DNA of 64,000 nt from NCBI RefSeq assembly GCF_964194025.1, contig NC_134475.1, positions 48,484,001 through 48,548,000 of the forward strand, written 5' to 3'. This document shows, piece by piece, positions 1 to 14,900 of the stretch; position 1 is the first letter of the stretch; the number at the start of each line of letters is the position of its first letter. The stretch comes from Convolutriloba macropyga (Eukaryota). The notes below the pieces were generated by a model. It made no database searches. It was not told the origin of the DNA and saw only the letters and a program-made list of their open reading frames with translations. The translations under genes and the position numbers were made by a program.

Positions 1-2243
1 TATATATTCGGGATATTTGGGAAAAAATCTGCTCCGCTCAAACAGTCGAGTTTAACTGCCGGACGGCTGAACAAATTCAATCCCCTAGGAAAAAAAACGC
101 TACTTTGCCGACTGCTCAAAGAACAGAAATTCAGAGTTTAAATTTGCCCAGTAACAGATTTTGTTATTAAAATTCAGTTTTTTCGCGCTTTTTTGATAAT
201 GCTGAATATTTCATTACCTGGTATCAAGTTTGCGATAGTAATGTAAGTTAGTCAATGGATTTGTGGATGTTTAAATTACTATCTTTCAATAAATTAGTGA
301 TTCTTATTCGGCTGCAGGTTTTATTAAGATTTCTTGGGAATCTATGTTTAGCGCATAAGAACGTAATATAAAATCTATAGTCGCAAAATAAGAAAAACAG
401 CGACTTTGGTATAAAAAAAACTTTAAACAGATTTCGCAAAAACTTAAAAATTTAGTTTTCGAAAGAAAGTTTTTATGATAACCTCTTGAACATTCAGGCA
501 TGTTAGGCGATATAGCCGGTTCGGTCAAAAGATCCGAATGCGACAGAATTGGTCAAAACGGGTCAGTTTTTGATCACACTGAGAGAGTGAGAGAGAAGAG
601 TATTTTTAGGTGTTTTTGGTCTACACGGAATTAAAAGCACACGGTATAACTTCGCCGACTAGACAAAATATGCCACGCTGAAGGTCTGTATATGTTTAAA
701 ATAGAAGAGATAGAGAAATAACATGGTGGCCATGTAATTGTGTAGCTTTTGCATATATTAGGCTGAAAATGAGCGAACAAGAACAAGAGTGCGGCGAATT
801 ACACGCAGCTTTTTCCCACATTTATGAGGGAAAAATTGAAGCAACGGCGCTTAATGGAAATTTGCAAAACAGTTGCAGGGATTTGCAGATTTATGTTGGA
901 TTTATTTGATCAAAATGCGCCGATTTGAAGCCTAGATCCGGTTGAGAGAGAAAGACCGGTTTGAAATAAAGAGAGCGGGGACAGTTAAGTCGAAAAGATA
1001 GTTGATCGAAAGTGGTCAAATTTCATAAAATTGGGACCTCTGATGCAAAATCAGCTCAGACGTGATGCCATATTCTAAATGACTGCAACTGAAAAGGTAC
1101 TTATTATGATAACTGGAAGTTTTATTGGTATTATATAATTCTCCATACCCCAGCGGCCAGTGGGAATTTGGTATAAAGAATCAAAACCCCCGATCGATTA
1201 AATATCACTTTCGATTTCCTGTTTTTCGATCTACTGTCCTAGTCCCAGAACGGGACATAGTCAAAACAAACCATTATCCGATAGAACCCAATTACACGCG
1301 AACAACCAGAGATTAAACAGTTGAACAGATTCAGGAAATGCTGGTCAAATTACGTCAATTTAATTGGAAGATAACCATATGTGGGGGTATTATAAGGATT
1401 AGTTTTGTTAACACATTTATAAGCAACATACCACGAGGCAATTGTTTGATCATGAGTGGGAGTGATCTTATAGTTAAAAAATATAAATTTTGGACTTTTT
1501 CCATATTCAGCACCCGAGGACGCATTTTTTCATCCATATATGTAGAATTCCTAATTTTCCTTGCTAGAAGAATTTTTTGTTCAAAACTCTGGCAAAAGTG
1601 ACTTTTTAATCGTTTCCCTTTTTCTATTTTGCTTCATTTTCCTGCTTTTGTGCGCTTCCATATTTCTTTTTACCGCCAAAAATTTTCATCTAGTTCAGTT
1701 TTATGTGTTTTACTACTAAAAAGATATTTGAAAGATATTGCTTTGTTTTTGTTGGATTTTTGATGCCTAGTGCGCCATTTGTTGTTTGAGTAGTTACTGA
1801 CCCTACAATAATTGTAATGAAAGCTCCCTAAAGAACAATTGCTGAGATTGCACAACTTGCGGAAATTTGCTTAGAATATTGTTAACAGATGTTGAATCTA
1901 TAGTGTTTGGCGGTTGTGGAAAAAAACGCTCGGAAACCCCCCCCCCCTCTTCTATTTTCATTGATCGAAAGTGTCTCACGCTGTTCTTTCAGGACAAGTG
2001 TTTTGTGATAAAAGATTGTAAAAATTTTCTCGAATTAACCAGGCAATTTATTCAATTGAGTGGGATGTCAGATGAAGTCTGAGTCATTTTTTTATTCGAG
2101 TGTTGTTCTTGTTCTCGTTTCTCAATTTACTCCAGTCACGCTTTCAACGCCTCATCAAGTGCAGCTAGAAAAAATTACAATAAAATTGCATTAGCAAACA
2201 CTCTGATTGTGCATCCAGTCGATATAAAACTTCTTCTTGACTG

Positions 2244-3235
2244 CCCCAGTGATTCTGGAATTTTTATCGTGTAAGATCTGACAAAATTCTGACAAAACCA
2301 TCTTGCTAATAGCCTGTAAGGGGATGCATCTTCTTATCAGATCTGATAAGACGTTTATCAGATCCTATACGATAAAAATTCCTCTTATAAGATCTTACAA
2401 AATAAAAATTCCACTTATAAGATCTTACACGATAAAAATTCCTCTTATGAGATCTTACAAGACAAAAATTCCTCTTATAAGATCTTACACGATAAAAATT
2501 CCTCTTACAAGATCTTACACGATAAAAATTTCCTCTTCTATAAATTCCTGAAGTATGGTATATTCTTCATATTGAAGACAATTGCGCGTTGCTCTCAAGC
2601 AGTAGCCGAAATGCTACAACATGTAACACTTAAGTGTCAGAGCAACAAAGAGAAAAATATCTTATACTGTCTTGTAAGACTTATAAGATATTGTAAAAAA
2701 GATTATTTTAGTGGCAGGGGCTTTCTCCGAAGCGGTGATTATCAAACTAGGCTGAAATTGTTTGTTCAAAGACCAAAACTATCTTGGACTGCTGAGTTTA
2801 GCCATAGTACCCAGTTAAGACTCACACTAAAACTGCCGCCAAAACAGAATCAACAAGCATTTTTTTGTTTCATAATTGGTTGGCTGACCGATTCTTTTTT
2901 TACTTTCATAGGACCTTGACTACGTTATACGTTCATATTGAAAAAATTAAAACATGTCATATCAGATCTTACACGATAAGAATTCCGTCTTATCAGATCT
3001 TACACGATAAAAATTCTGGTAAGGGGAATGTTTATCTTATAAGATGTCTTATCAGATCTTACACGATAAAAATTCTGATAAGAGGAATGTTTATCTTATA
3101 AGATGTCTGATCAGATCTTACACGATAAAAATTCCTCTTAACAGAATTTTTATCGTGTAAGTTCTGATAAGAGGAATTTTTATCGTGCAAGATCTTATCA
3201 GATCTTACACGATAAAAATTCCAGAATCACTGGGG
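2244..3235. mobile_element. Non-autonomous TIR element (MITE, CMC/EnSpm-like) with ~30-bp internal subrepeats
   Basis: Left end CCCCAGTGATTCTGGAATTTTTATCGTGTAAGATCTGA is the reverse complement of the right end (38-bp TIR). TG flanks both sides (2-bp TSD). Many tandem copies of AGATCTTACACGATAAAAATTCCTCTTATA lie inside. Confidence 0.85.
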
Positions 3236-5039
3236 TGAAAACGCAAATTGTATGAAGATGTTCTAATTAATTGAGACATACTATTAATTTTTACTCTATT
3301 TTGTTGCTGTAGTAGTTAATATCTTATCTTTTTCCCACCTGAACAAAAGGGGGAGACATTAAAAAGCAGCCGTCGAGTACCCCAAATTATTGAGGATCTG
3401 TCATACGATATGGAATATCAATTTAAATGATAGATACTAGGAAAGCTAAAATAAGTAAAATCTGTTGACATAATTATTGGAATCACTATCCAAACATCAG
3501 TCAAAAATGATAAACTGTGAAGTATCTAAAGTGTACATATGCACTCTCGGGAACTTTTGAGTTCTTTTTTCAACGTTTTATAGCAACCGTTATATGATAA
3601 ATTAAATTGGTTTTTAAGAGGAAACATTTATTAATTTATTTTAGTTTGGGTCTGTTGTTTCCTAGCTCTTCTCCTAAACAACAAAGAGAACTTGCGACTA
3701 ACAGAAAAGTGTTTCTTTTGCAATCCACTACAAAGTCAAATTCAAATTGCAAGCATTAAATTCAGTAGAGAGTGGCGAAGACGGATGAAAACTATTTTAA
3801 CTACCTCTGCATCAAAGAAATGGAAATTCGACGAAACGCAAAATAAACCCCAAGAAACCAATCAGATTCATATACTCCCACATACTCCGCAGGTACCCTG
3901 TCATAGAATAAAATATGTTAATATAATGCTTTGCGTGGTAAAGCACAATGGAAAATTGCCCGGAAAAACGAAAAAAAAAATGGATAAAAAAGCTAAAAAT
4001 GAATAAATAAGCAGTCAGCTAATAAGGATAAAATTCTTCAACTAATGCAAAACAATTTCACAGATGTGGTATAGTAGAATATGGACACTGTGAAAAATTG
4101 TTACAATAGCCACTATTATCTGAAAAGTCTCGAAAAATAATCTGAATAAAATGATTCAGAGGGACTTAATGAGTTCCAAAAAATCAAAAACTGATAATCA
4201 CAGTAATCACTTTACAAACGAAGGATGCCTGATTTTTTCTAAATGAAAAAAACTACTAAAAAGATCACTCCAAAAAATTAAAAACACAGCCCTTTTCTGT
4301 ACGTTTCCAATTACTTGTTTTTTCAACAATTTTATAAATATTAAAATTTTTCTGGGTGTTCTGGTGATGAAATTCCAAATGTAGTTTAAGAATAAATTCC
4401 AATAATCAATGATGCTCATTTTTGCTCAAGGAATTTACTTAATTGAATTGGATGTCATTTTCTTGCTCAGTGGAATCTAGAAATTGGAATCTAATGAGTG
4501 GCTATTAATAAGTAGCCCTTTAAAGCCAGTCAAAATCAGAATGTTTTCACTGTAAAAAAGTTTGCTGATATTGCCTGAACAGTGTTACTTGATAAAAATG
4601 AGCTGGTATATAATTTTGTATAAAAAAACTAAAGAAAATCTCGCATTGACAAGAACGTCAAAAAGTCAGTGCAAATTGAATAAAATTTAATAAAGAATAA
4701 GTCAGTAGTTATAAGAACATTTGTTTCGACAAGTTTAGATAAAGAGCTAAAACAACTGATTTTGTGCATTTGTTCAGGAAAATGGGAATTTTCTTGTAAA
4801 TATACAAAAAATAGTAAAAAGTGGCCAAAAGTATGCAAATCTTCATCCTTCAATAAGTGCAATAATAGTTGTGCAGCCATTAAATTGAAAAGGTTGTTTT
4901 ATGGTGCCGGTTAAGTTTGGCAAAAGTAGTTAAATTATTCAAAAAGCCAAAAGAAACCAAAAAGCGATCAGAACTAGCGCCAAAATTTCTATTAATTACA
5001 AATTTTTAAATCGAAAAGCCTCCCATTCTTATGATCTGC

Positions 5040-5172
5040 GCTCAACGGGCTGTTTCATGATACCACTCATCTGTTTCTGCATCAAAAAATGATCAGTCAA
5101 AATTGACAGAAAACAAACAAGTTGCGCATATAGTTCCATACCCCCTCCACTGGGTGGCGAGGTCGCAAAATT
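5040..5172. repeat. Diverged end of the dispersed repeat family also seen at 46880-47023, 53700 and 59738
   Basis: Shares CGGGCT..ATGATACCACTCA..GTCAAAATTGAC..TATAGTTCC..CCCC..GGGT with the other copies. Confidence 0.55.
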
Positions 5173-6096
5173 ATTCAGATAAATTGCGTGGACAACACAA
5201 TGATTTCAGTGCATTTTGTATCTAATAACGCGCACAGAAATTGCATAATCCGTAGTCGATGGCTGGTTTTTGCTTAAAACTGAGAAAAAATTTTGAGGAA
5301 ACATTCGCAATTTGATCAAGAGCTAAACTTTTTCCGTGCAGACATCATTATCTTATAGCTCAGAAAATCACGGCGTGCTTTTCACTTTCTAACTTTTCAC
5401 ATGATAGCCATACTGAAAAATTTTGTTAAAACGCCGATGATATAGTTTGCACTCAATTTTTTATTGAATTTTTCTTTTGACTACTATTTATGAGAAAACA
5501 ATGAAGTAAAATAATTTGTAAAAAAACTTATTGCAGCTAACTTTTGCTGTTGTCTGTTATTGTTTTTTATCCATAACTAATGTCTTTTCTTTGCAAACAA
5601 TAGTTCCACAACTGGATAAAGATAGAAATTTAGCAGTCCGGCAGGACACTAACATTTATTAATATTTATTGACTGTTCTGGTTGACGGGGCTGTACTATA
5701 GTGTTGAAAACCATCAGCCGTCTCTCGAATATTTTGAGCACGTTTCAGGAATGCTCTGGTCTTGCACTTCGACTCTTTTGCCCTCCCTTTGTTTTCGATC
5801 AAGTAGTACCAGCCGTTCTGGAACCACATGGCCTTCACAAGCATCTAAGATTTCCTCTTAAGAAGCCTCTTTACAATCTGAGCTCAAAATGTTTCCTTTT
5901 TCTGCAAATGCTAAGTTTCATTATATTTGCGCTGAATGAAAGATCCCTGCGCATGACTGAATTGAAGCGTCAGTCATTGCATAAAAATAAAAAGAAATGT
6001 ATAGTATAAAAAAGATGATCCGTCTTCGGGAAAAACCATAGAAGAAAAACACCCACTTAGTTTTAGATAGAAAATGAACCCCCTAGGAAAAACACT

Positions 6097-6114
6097 GTGT
6101 GTGTATATGTGTAT

Positions 6115-6161
<47 letters not shown>
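6097..6161. repeat. (TG)n microsatellite
   Basis: Directly visible. Confidence 0.95.
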
Positions 6162-6164
<3 letters not shown>

Positions 6165-6529
6165 TTGTGAGAGATATCGTATGCATGAGACTTATTTATG
6201 TTATAGCACCTTCTTCTTCGCCAGGGAACCCTCATCGCCAAAGAATTCTCTTCGCCAAGTACCCTGAAAAATCAAGAAATCAGGATGTCACGAAAGAAGA
6301 GAATCAAGAAATGAAAAAATCTTTTGAAAAACGAAAATGGAAAGGACTCTTTTCTGATGACTTTTTATTATTTTGCTTATGTTTTTTTCGTCCTGTGCTT
6401 TCTTTTGTCGTGTACATTCAAATCACAACCGTTCAAAGTTTTTTACACAAGATTAGGTATATAGTGCGTCTTTTTTTGCTAAAGATTAAGAATATAGTTT
6501 GTAGGATTTTTTTGCGTCAAAAACAGTTA

Positions 6530-6760
6530 TTTCGCAGGATTATTGCAAGCGAAATAGCTATCTTGCAAGATTCTTATAATACAAAATGGCTACCTTGAAT
6601 GATTCTTGTTAGACGAATGGGTATCTTGCAATATTTTTGCAAGAAGAATGTGTATCTTGCAAGATCTTCCAAAAAATCTTGGAAGACGATGCATCGTATT
6701 GCAGGATTTTGCAACTATTTTGCAAGATCTTGCAAGATAACGATTAAATTTGCGCTAGGG
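6530..6760. repeat. Array of TCTTGCAAGA-like palindromic subrepeats ending in GCGCTAGGG; probable MITE arm
   Basis: Repeated tcttgcaaga / tttgcaaga / tcttccaa words. The left terminus was not identified. Confidence 0.5.
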
Positions 6761-9700
6761 TATTAAAAAGTGCACATTTAGTGATCGCGATTATGCTTCG
6801 CGGGCCATTGGACTCGGAATAAAATTATCACAAAGGAAAAATTTATCAAATGGGAAATTCAAAATTAACATAGGGGGTTTTATCCTGGAACCAAGATTTT
6901 AATTAAAGGGTTGGCTTTTGGGTGCACAGTTTCATCATTTAAGCTATAAAAAAAGACTACGCTACTGGTAAGAATTGGCAAAATATTATAACGTCAAAAA
7001 TTAGAATTTCAGCTAGAAACTTCAAAGCGAATGCCGCAGCAAATTTTCAATCTATTTTCTAAGCCTATATGTTCAAAAGGTTTTGAGAGATTTTGATAAT
7101 AAAGAGAGGTTAAGAAAGATTGAGATTTTTACTATAAAGTCACTTACCGCAATGAACCAATTTTTGAAAATTTATTCAGGCAACGCAATGGCAGAAGTAC
7201 TAGTCAGAAAAAATCTGAACTTGTGTTTGCTGAGTCTGCATTTGGAACAGCTCTGCGTAAATCTTTTTTTTTCCTTTGATGCTGGAAAAACCACAAACTT
7301 TTTTTCTACTATGACACAATTTTTGATAAAATTGAATATTCACAAAAACGTTTCGTATTATTTACTATTTTTAAATAAACCAAACATTAAATAATCAAAC
7401 TCAGTAAAAAGGTTCAAAATTGACAACAGAACTCGTAAGAAATGCAGACATATCATCATTTGATCTCCTTTAAAAGGAATGCAAGAAAATCTAAACAAAA
7501 CAATTTCTATTTTAGCAGCGAGTTTTGGTTAAAAACAGCCACTTGCAATTTTGAAGGGCCAAGTTTGTGCAAGGGTGGTAATTGATATGCTCTAAAATTG
7601 TTGTTCAAAAATTTATGCTCCTATCAGAGATTTAGCACCTTTGGATTCAATAGACTCTTGACCCTTCATTGAATCTCAAAATGAGTATCATGTTAAACAT
7701 TTAAAAGAAACCCTGAAATTAATTGATTCAAAAAACATAAACTCAATTCAAAAAATATAAAAACTATAGCCATTAAGATTATCGAACTTTCTGAACAGGG
7801 TAGGATCTTGTTCTTTTAGCGCAATTGTCAATCAGTAGGGATTTTTCATAATTGCTCATATCATAGTCTACTTGACAACATTGTTGTACACGGCTCAAAA
7901 AGTGCTCTTAGGTGTGCTGTAAACAACAGTTACAAATTTGTGAAATGCACTTGCAACATTTGTTCAGTACTTTTCACATTAAAGTTTTCTTGCTCTAGTT
8001 AATCATGAAAAAGTATGTCATTGGGTTTCACATTCGGAATAAGTATGTCATCCTATGCTTAAGTTCAGTGCAGAAGCGTAATTAAGGACAAACGTACAAA
8101 TATAGCCTGTGATTACATAGGTTCGAATGCAAGTTTGTGTGAGTTCGCTCTCCTCGCGTGTTGTCTGCATACAGCAGAGTAAAAGCTGTCTTATGATTAC
8201 ATTAAGATTATTTTAAGTTTCCTTCATTATGATTATATTAAGTTCATAAAATTTGCCCAGGCTGTATCTGAAATTGTTATTAACCCAAAATGAAGTCTGA
8301 GCAGAACAACGTCATACTTTGGTAGTCTATAACTTGTAATTACTATAGTAGTATACACAATATTGATACTTAAGCAAGTTCGTAGGCAATTAAGACAAAG
8401 CCATTTAGCTTCGTGGTTACGACTTTATACACAAACTAAATGTTAAAAGTAACCTCGCGGAAGTTCAAATAAGGCAAACATTGTTGGCGGCAGTTAAGCT
8501 GAACATAACATTTTTCATGTAGTAAATTTTACTCAAAAATTAAGACTAGCTAGTGTAGGTTGCGACATGAACAGAGTACTGGCCATATTGTAAAACAGAA
8601 TGTCTCTGGACTGATTCAGCGGTGATTTGCTCCGCCACCAACCTCCGGAAGCTTGATGGATTCAACTACTCTGGTAAAATATTACAAATTTTTTTTCTAC
8701 ATTGCAAAACGTTCTCATTTTCTAAGCAACTGTGGAATGGCAAATAACTGTTACTTAAGCCATTTGCAGAAAAAAATTTGCTTTAACTGTTTTTTTATTT
8801 TTAGTGATTTTTGTTTGAACTCATCACTGCAATTTGCTCCGTTGAAGTATCATTAAATTCCCCCCATGGTTAAAGGAATTATTTTTCTTTGAAAACAATC
8901 TAGAGCCAAGTTGAAGAAGGAATTCCTTTGTCAATTTTTTTAAAATATAAAAATCCGAGCAAAAAGAGGTGAGAAAATGGCTGATAATTTTTTCGATTTT
9001 TGCGCATCATCAATTTCAAAAAATGGATTTCTTAATTAATAGCTCTAACGAAAATCTTCTATTCGGATCGAAATATAAAACATTAATTTGAACCGTTAAT
9101 ATTTTGAGGTTCTAAGTTATAGAGGGTTTAGGAAATTGGGATTATACACAATCGATTGGTTAGAAAAAACACAAACATAAAAGACCCAAACATAAAAAAG
9201 CACAAACATCAAAGTAAACGCGCGTAGTTGCTCAGCGTAGTTGCTCAGCTTTTTTTGAAAAACGAATTGGCAATCCATAAATGTTTATCGATTAAAATGA
9301 ATGACAATTTGAGGGCTACAGTTACAAAAATTCAAGCGTCTGTTTTATTGATTTACACAGATTTTTCACTTTGAAACTTTGAAACAAAATATTAAGTTGT
9401 CATCAAAATCAAACAAATATCTAACAATGTCAAGAATCTAACAATATCAAAACTTGCGATACCCATTGGGTCCTCATCTACCCCCCCCCCCCGTCTTCCC
9501 GCCCCCAACAAAATTTACTTAACAAAGTAAAAATTTCGGTCGAGCTATATCATTGACTAATAAATACAGGATCAATTTGTACATAAATGTTTTTTATCAC
9601 ACAAAAGTGAAATCGCAAAAAAAAATTAAATTTTTCTTCGAAAATTTTAGAGGAAGAGAGAGCGGGGGGTTATAAAACTCCACGACTTGACTTTCACCTT

Positions 9701-11474
9701 ATGAATTTATGTCTGCACAGCAGTTTCAGTAGATCACAAAGATAATAAATTAGATAACTTTTTCGTGTCAAATCTGATAAGACCAATTTTAATCTATAAA
9801 ATCTAATTTGCAAATTTTTATATTTATAAAGGTTAACTTAAATATTGAGATACATTTTTTATTGACTTACATTTTGAGATAGCAAACTACTGTACTTGAT
9901 TGAGCTGCAGTGATAAGTCAGTAACTAACAAAGTATAAGAAGCTAAAATGTCAGTCACATTGTAAAAGTCGTGTTAATTTTTAGACACAACTTTTTTATT
10001 ACCAGGAAATATCTTTAAAAAAATCCTTCCGTTCTAGTGAAAAAGAATAGCTAACCTGACTGAAGTCAGTTTACCCAAATGAAGAAAATTCAAACTAAAA
10101 TTGTCTCAGTTTTCTAACTTCTCAATCTAATGCGTAGCAATTAACTCCTCGTAGCAATTAAAAGGTAGAAGATCAACTTCGGAAAGCCACCATGTTATAA
10201 TAATCAACTGATGGTTTGAGCTAATTTGAACTATATATAGAGGCTCAATTTAGTGAAGACAAGAATATTTAACAAATACATGTGCTAAAACACATAACAC
10301 AGTCTTACGCTATCTCTGTTTATCTAACATAAGAGATTGACAAATACAGTAGCAGTTATTTCAACTTCAAATTTGACATAGCACACTTACTGTCGATGAA
10401 CGCTTTCGTGTTTTAGTTTCATGGAAAATGCTTCGCTAAAAAAGTTGCTTAATTTCTTATCAATTTAGTTCAAATTTGAGGAAACTTGGAAATATCCTTC
10501 ACATTTGTCCATGATTTGCGTTCTTGAGCCATCGTCGAACGAAAACTACTAACAAAGCGCAAATTGAGCAGACATCAAAGAAAGTCTAATTGATTTTTTT
10601 TTAGACAAAAGTTTTTCACTTCACTTTCTGCTCATTAAAAAGGCAAAAATTAAAAAGAAAAAAGGGATTTAGTTTTAAAAAATAATTCGCAGATTATAAA
10701 TACCAAGCAATCTTCTCTTCTTATAAAATACTAATATTTTACGAATATGGGAAAGATGAGAGACACCTATTAAAACTCATTTCGATTGAAGCAATCAAAA
10801 ATACGCTTTTTGATTGAAGCAATATCGTTGAATATCGTTCTCATGTAGTTAAAAAATATCGTGTGATAAATTTTTCCTATGACAGCAATAAGTGATCAGT
10901 CAGTTTACTGTTTTACTGTAATAACAGCCAAAAATGAAAAAAAGCTATGAACTTCCATGGCAATTGATTCTCAACTGGTTGTTGAGAAAGTTTTGGATCA
11001 TTGGTTTGCACAGAAAATAGAGAAAAAATGACACGCAGTAAAAATGTATAATCTCTGTTACTACAACTCCCGCAATACCGACCCCTATTAACTTAAGATT
11101 TAACTTAGCAGAAATCAGAGCGTTTTGTCTTGTACAGTACACTTGGAAAACTTAATTAGAACATAATAAAACAATATGAATTAAGATAGAAAACCACTAG
11201 CTACAAAGACCACCTCCTAACAAAACGCAGGCGCTACACAAAATATTTCACAAAGATTGTGCTTTTTGTCATTTGCTAGACCAATCATCTTCTTCATGTT
11301 TTTTTATGTTCAAATTCTCGGGTGGATCAACTTTATCAAAAGCCCCAGCAAAATTTTTTTCACGGCGACAATAACAGAGGAGAACCTGGGGTAAAAAAAA
11401 TTGTGAATCGAAACTGCGAGACCCCCAACTCCTGACATTTATCTTTTGTAATTAAACTGGAGAAAAACTCATTG

Positions 11475-11676
11475 TGTGGCACAGATAGGAAATCTGTACT
11501 AAATTATGACTCTATTTCACTAGACATGATTTATTTATGATCTGTTGAATTGATCACATCATGATTTTATTGCCTCCGTTTATAAAAGAAGTCAGTATAG
11601 TATGACCACGCCGCCCTTTTTTTTACTAATAAGTCATTTATTGAATTCTTTTTACTGACTTAAAAAAATCAGTTCT

Positions 11677-11715
<39 letters not shown>

Positions 11716-11932
11716 CGCTCTACCCTTGAGCTCATTTAGTAGATTAAGTGGAAACTCACCGCGTGTCCCAGATAATAATTAGAAGTAGAATTATACCAGC
11801 TTCCCACTGATAATTCAAGAAAGGGTAATTTCAAGTATCACATCTGACTACGGTTCTCGTCACGAATCCAACTCACAAATGTTGAATAGTATTTATAACA
11901 CAATTACTAGACTACTGAATTAGACGATCACA
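11475..11932 (+). repeat. 5' LTR of the old element (contains a (CT)n tract)
   Basis: Aligns with 17555-18068 and is followed directly by the PBS. Confidence 0.85.
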
Positions 11933-14900
11933 TGGCGCAGTGAGCACCAAAAGATAAGGATGTTCTCGAAATGAACCCTTCTGCAACCTCCACTACGATG
12001 GGAACGATGCCGCATCATCTTGGAAATGGCTATTTTAGCAGAAGAAGGAATCTCGATCGACATTCTACGAGAAGCACCGCCGGATATAGTCACTCTACCG
12101 GCTGAACCGATGTGTGGAAAAAATGTAGACAATAATACTACCCCAGAGCAAACGTGATTGTATAATACGAAAGGAACAACTAAAAAACGCTCGGCTAAAC
12201 GAATGTCACAAGATAGAGACATCGGGGATACCGTGTGGTGATTGTCTTTGGAGACTATGTGATAATAAAGCCGTCTCTCTTTTCTATCTTAGCCTGGGAC
12301 TGACGGTCGTGGAAAATTGGTTCTCAAGAACCAAATATCAAGATCGTTCAATTAACAACGAGAGTATTATGCGATATTTTTCAAACTGTTTCCTCGAAAC
12401 AGAGGAACAAAACTTTCGATCGTTATGCCTTCTTTACAAAGAAACAGCTTAAGGTAGAACCTGTTGAAATTTTCTACGGATATTTGCGTGATCTCTCCCT
12501 CAATTGCGATCTCGGCAGCCATGAGGAGTCAATTATTTGAGACGTTTTCATTGCTAATATACAGGAAGCCGAAATCCAACGTGATTTCTTAACGGAAATA
12601 ATAACACATAAAAAGGCACAAGAGTTCTGTTTATACAGTAATACTGATTCTGGCTCCAATTCATATGTCAATATTATTCAAAAAAATGAACAGACATCTG
12701 TGAAATCCAGGGAACTTCAAACCTACTGTCTGTCCTAATTGTAGAAATGTGTGATCTTCTAGTCATCATCAAATTTGTCCACTTCGGGGCTAATAATGCA
12801 AAAATTGTGGTTTTTGCAACCATTTTGCAAAAAAAAATATCGAAAACCGAGCGACAGTGTGAAACCGAAACTTCGAATCAAAAATGTTGAAGATGCGCAT
12901 TCTGAAAGTGCAACAGTGGGAACATCGCCATCGGTTGATTGTCAAGTCAATCAAAAAGAAAACATGTTTAAACAACATAATATATATAATGCAAATTACC
13001 ACTTGGACTACGGTGATACAGAAGATAACTGCGTAGCACTTATTGCAAGCAACCATAATCTTCGAACGTTGAAACCAATCAACCTACAAGTACATTTCGG
13101 AAATGTCAAGAGAAAAACGTCAGTGAGTTCCGGCAGCGTCTTTACAATTATACACAAAAGTTCAGGAAATGCCCTGATTATGGACAACAAAAAAGGCTAT
13201 TGAGTAAAACCTTCAACATTGCGCAATTCGAAAACGTTCTCAAATGATATAATCAAGATAATTGGTGTCATTGTCAACATTGTAAAATGCAACGACTGGA
13301 CTGCTCGAGACGTTAAAGTCACAGTAGTAGAGGACAAACACCGACCAATAATTGGATGAGACCTAGTTCCTCTCCTTGAATCAATCAAAAATAGTAATAA
13401 ATGTTAAACAAAACCAATGTCCAATTGAACCGCCAATAGCTTTTGGTTTTCCAGATCTCATCTCTCGAATTGCTAAAACCTATAAACACACCGTCAAATC
13501 AACTTTTCATAAATACTTTTATATACAAACCAAAGGGGACGACGTGTACCAATAAATCTTCAATCTTTGGTAAACACTGAACTTAAAAAAGTTATTAACA
13601 AAAAATATAATATAAAACCAGATAGTTGTACATATAAAAATTTTATCTCTCCTACTGTCATTACTGTACGGTGAAATCCATTCATTAAAAACAAGTTTCG
13701 CATGCCTGCTTAATATTGACATTTTGATAAACTTGTTCAATTAACTATAAACGCGCATGCATCAAACAAAACAGTATATTTGACAAAACTGCATGTAAAG
13801 AACGCATACAGCCAACTAATTTTAGACTCGGAAACGTCCAGCCATTGCTTTTTAATATAACATGCCGCCAATTAAATGTTGCTTACCGATTTACTACAGG
13901 TTCCTATGGTCTCTCTGACTTGACGGCAGCGTTGCAAAATTTGGTGGATTATAATTTAATCCGATTAAAAACTAAACATTGCTTCTTAAACGACCTTATT
14001 ATTGTTAGCAGAGGATCTAAAGATGAACACCTAAAATATGTTTATCAGAGACTTAAGAAAACTGGATGATCATAATCTCCGAAATAAACTCACAAAATGC
14101 CACTTTGCCAAAACTGAGATAGAATGGTCTGGTTATCAATAAAGTCAATTAGATTCTCTCCGTTGGAATCAAAAATTTCTCCTCGTTCTTTCAGCACTTA
14201 AAAATCTTAAACAATTACGATCATTTTGAGGTTCAGTAAACTATTTAAGAAATTTCAATTTTCAATTTATCACAACTATGTCATCCATTGAGACCTCTCT
14301 TAAAAAACTCAAATTTCGAATGGCACGAAGATTTAGAAGCACATTTTCAACGAATTCAAAATAAGTTGAAAACCCGGATAAATTGCGATGCATCTCGTGC
14401 AGGTTTAGGTGCTGCATTAGATCAGCGTTCACCAACAGACTAGAAAACAAAAACATTAGCATCACGTTTCCTCAGTGGTAACGAAGAAATATCTATTGTC
14501 AATTAATTAGTACATTTGATTGTAGTTTGGTCTTTGAAACATTTTATATATCATCTTCTTGGGTCAATCACTGTCACCACCAATCATAGAGCATTAGTAT
14601 CAATCATGAAAGAAAATCAATCAATTAAATCTCATATTGGTCGTTCAACAAGTGGGGTGGACCAATTATTAACTTTGATGTTAATATTGAACAGATTCTA
14701 GGTGCTAAAATGGGTTTGGTAGATTACATTACTCACAAACCAAATCAAGAAAGCAAAATTCGCAAACGAAGATGACTAAAAAGTTGCGGTTGCAACATAT
14801 AACCGCATTCGTTACTTTACTGCAGCAATTTGTATAAATTCCGCACCATCAAATTGTCAACCGCAACACATTAACGCGATACAAAAAAGCACGTTCAGTT

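Noticed and set aside
2303-2551. ORF with repeated IRSYTIKIPL; the array could be mistaken for CRISPR
   Set aside because: It is a 30-bp tandem subrepeat of a MITE with no unique spacers, no cas genes and a eukaryotic context.
5974-6598. ORFs with HTHT/CVCV runs (also SLSL runs at 17744 and 36782-37094)
   Set aside because: Microsatellite translations.
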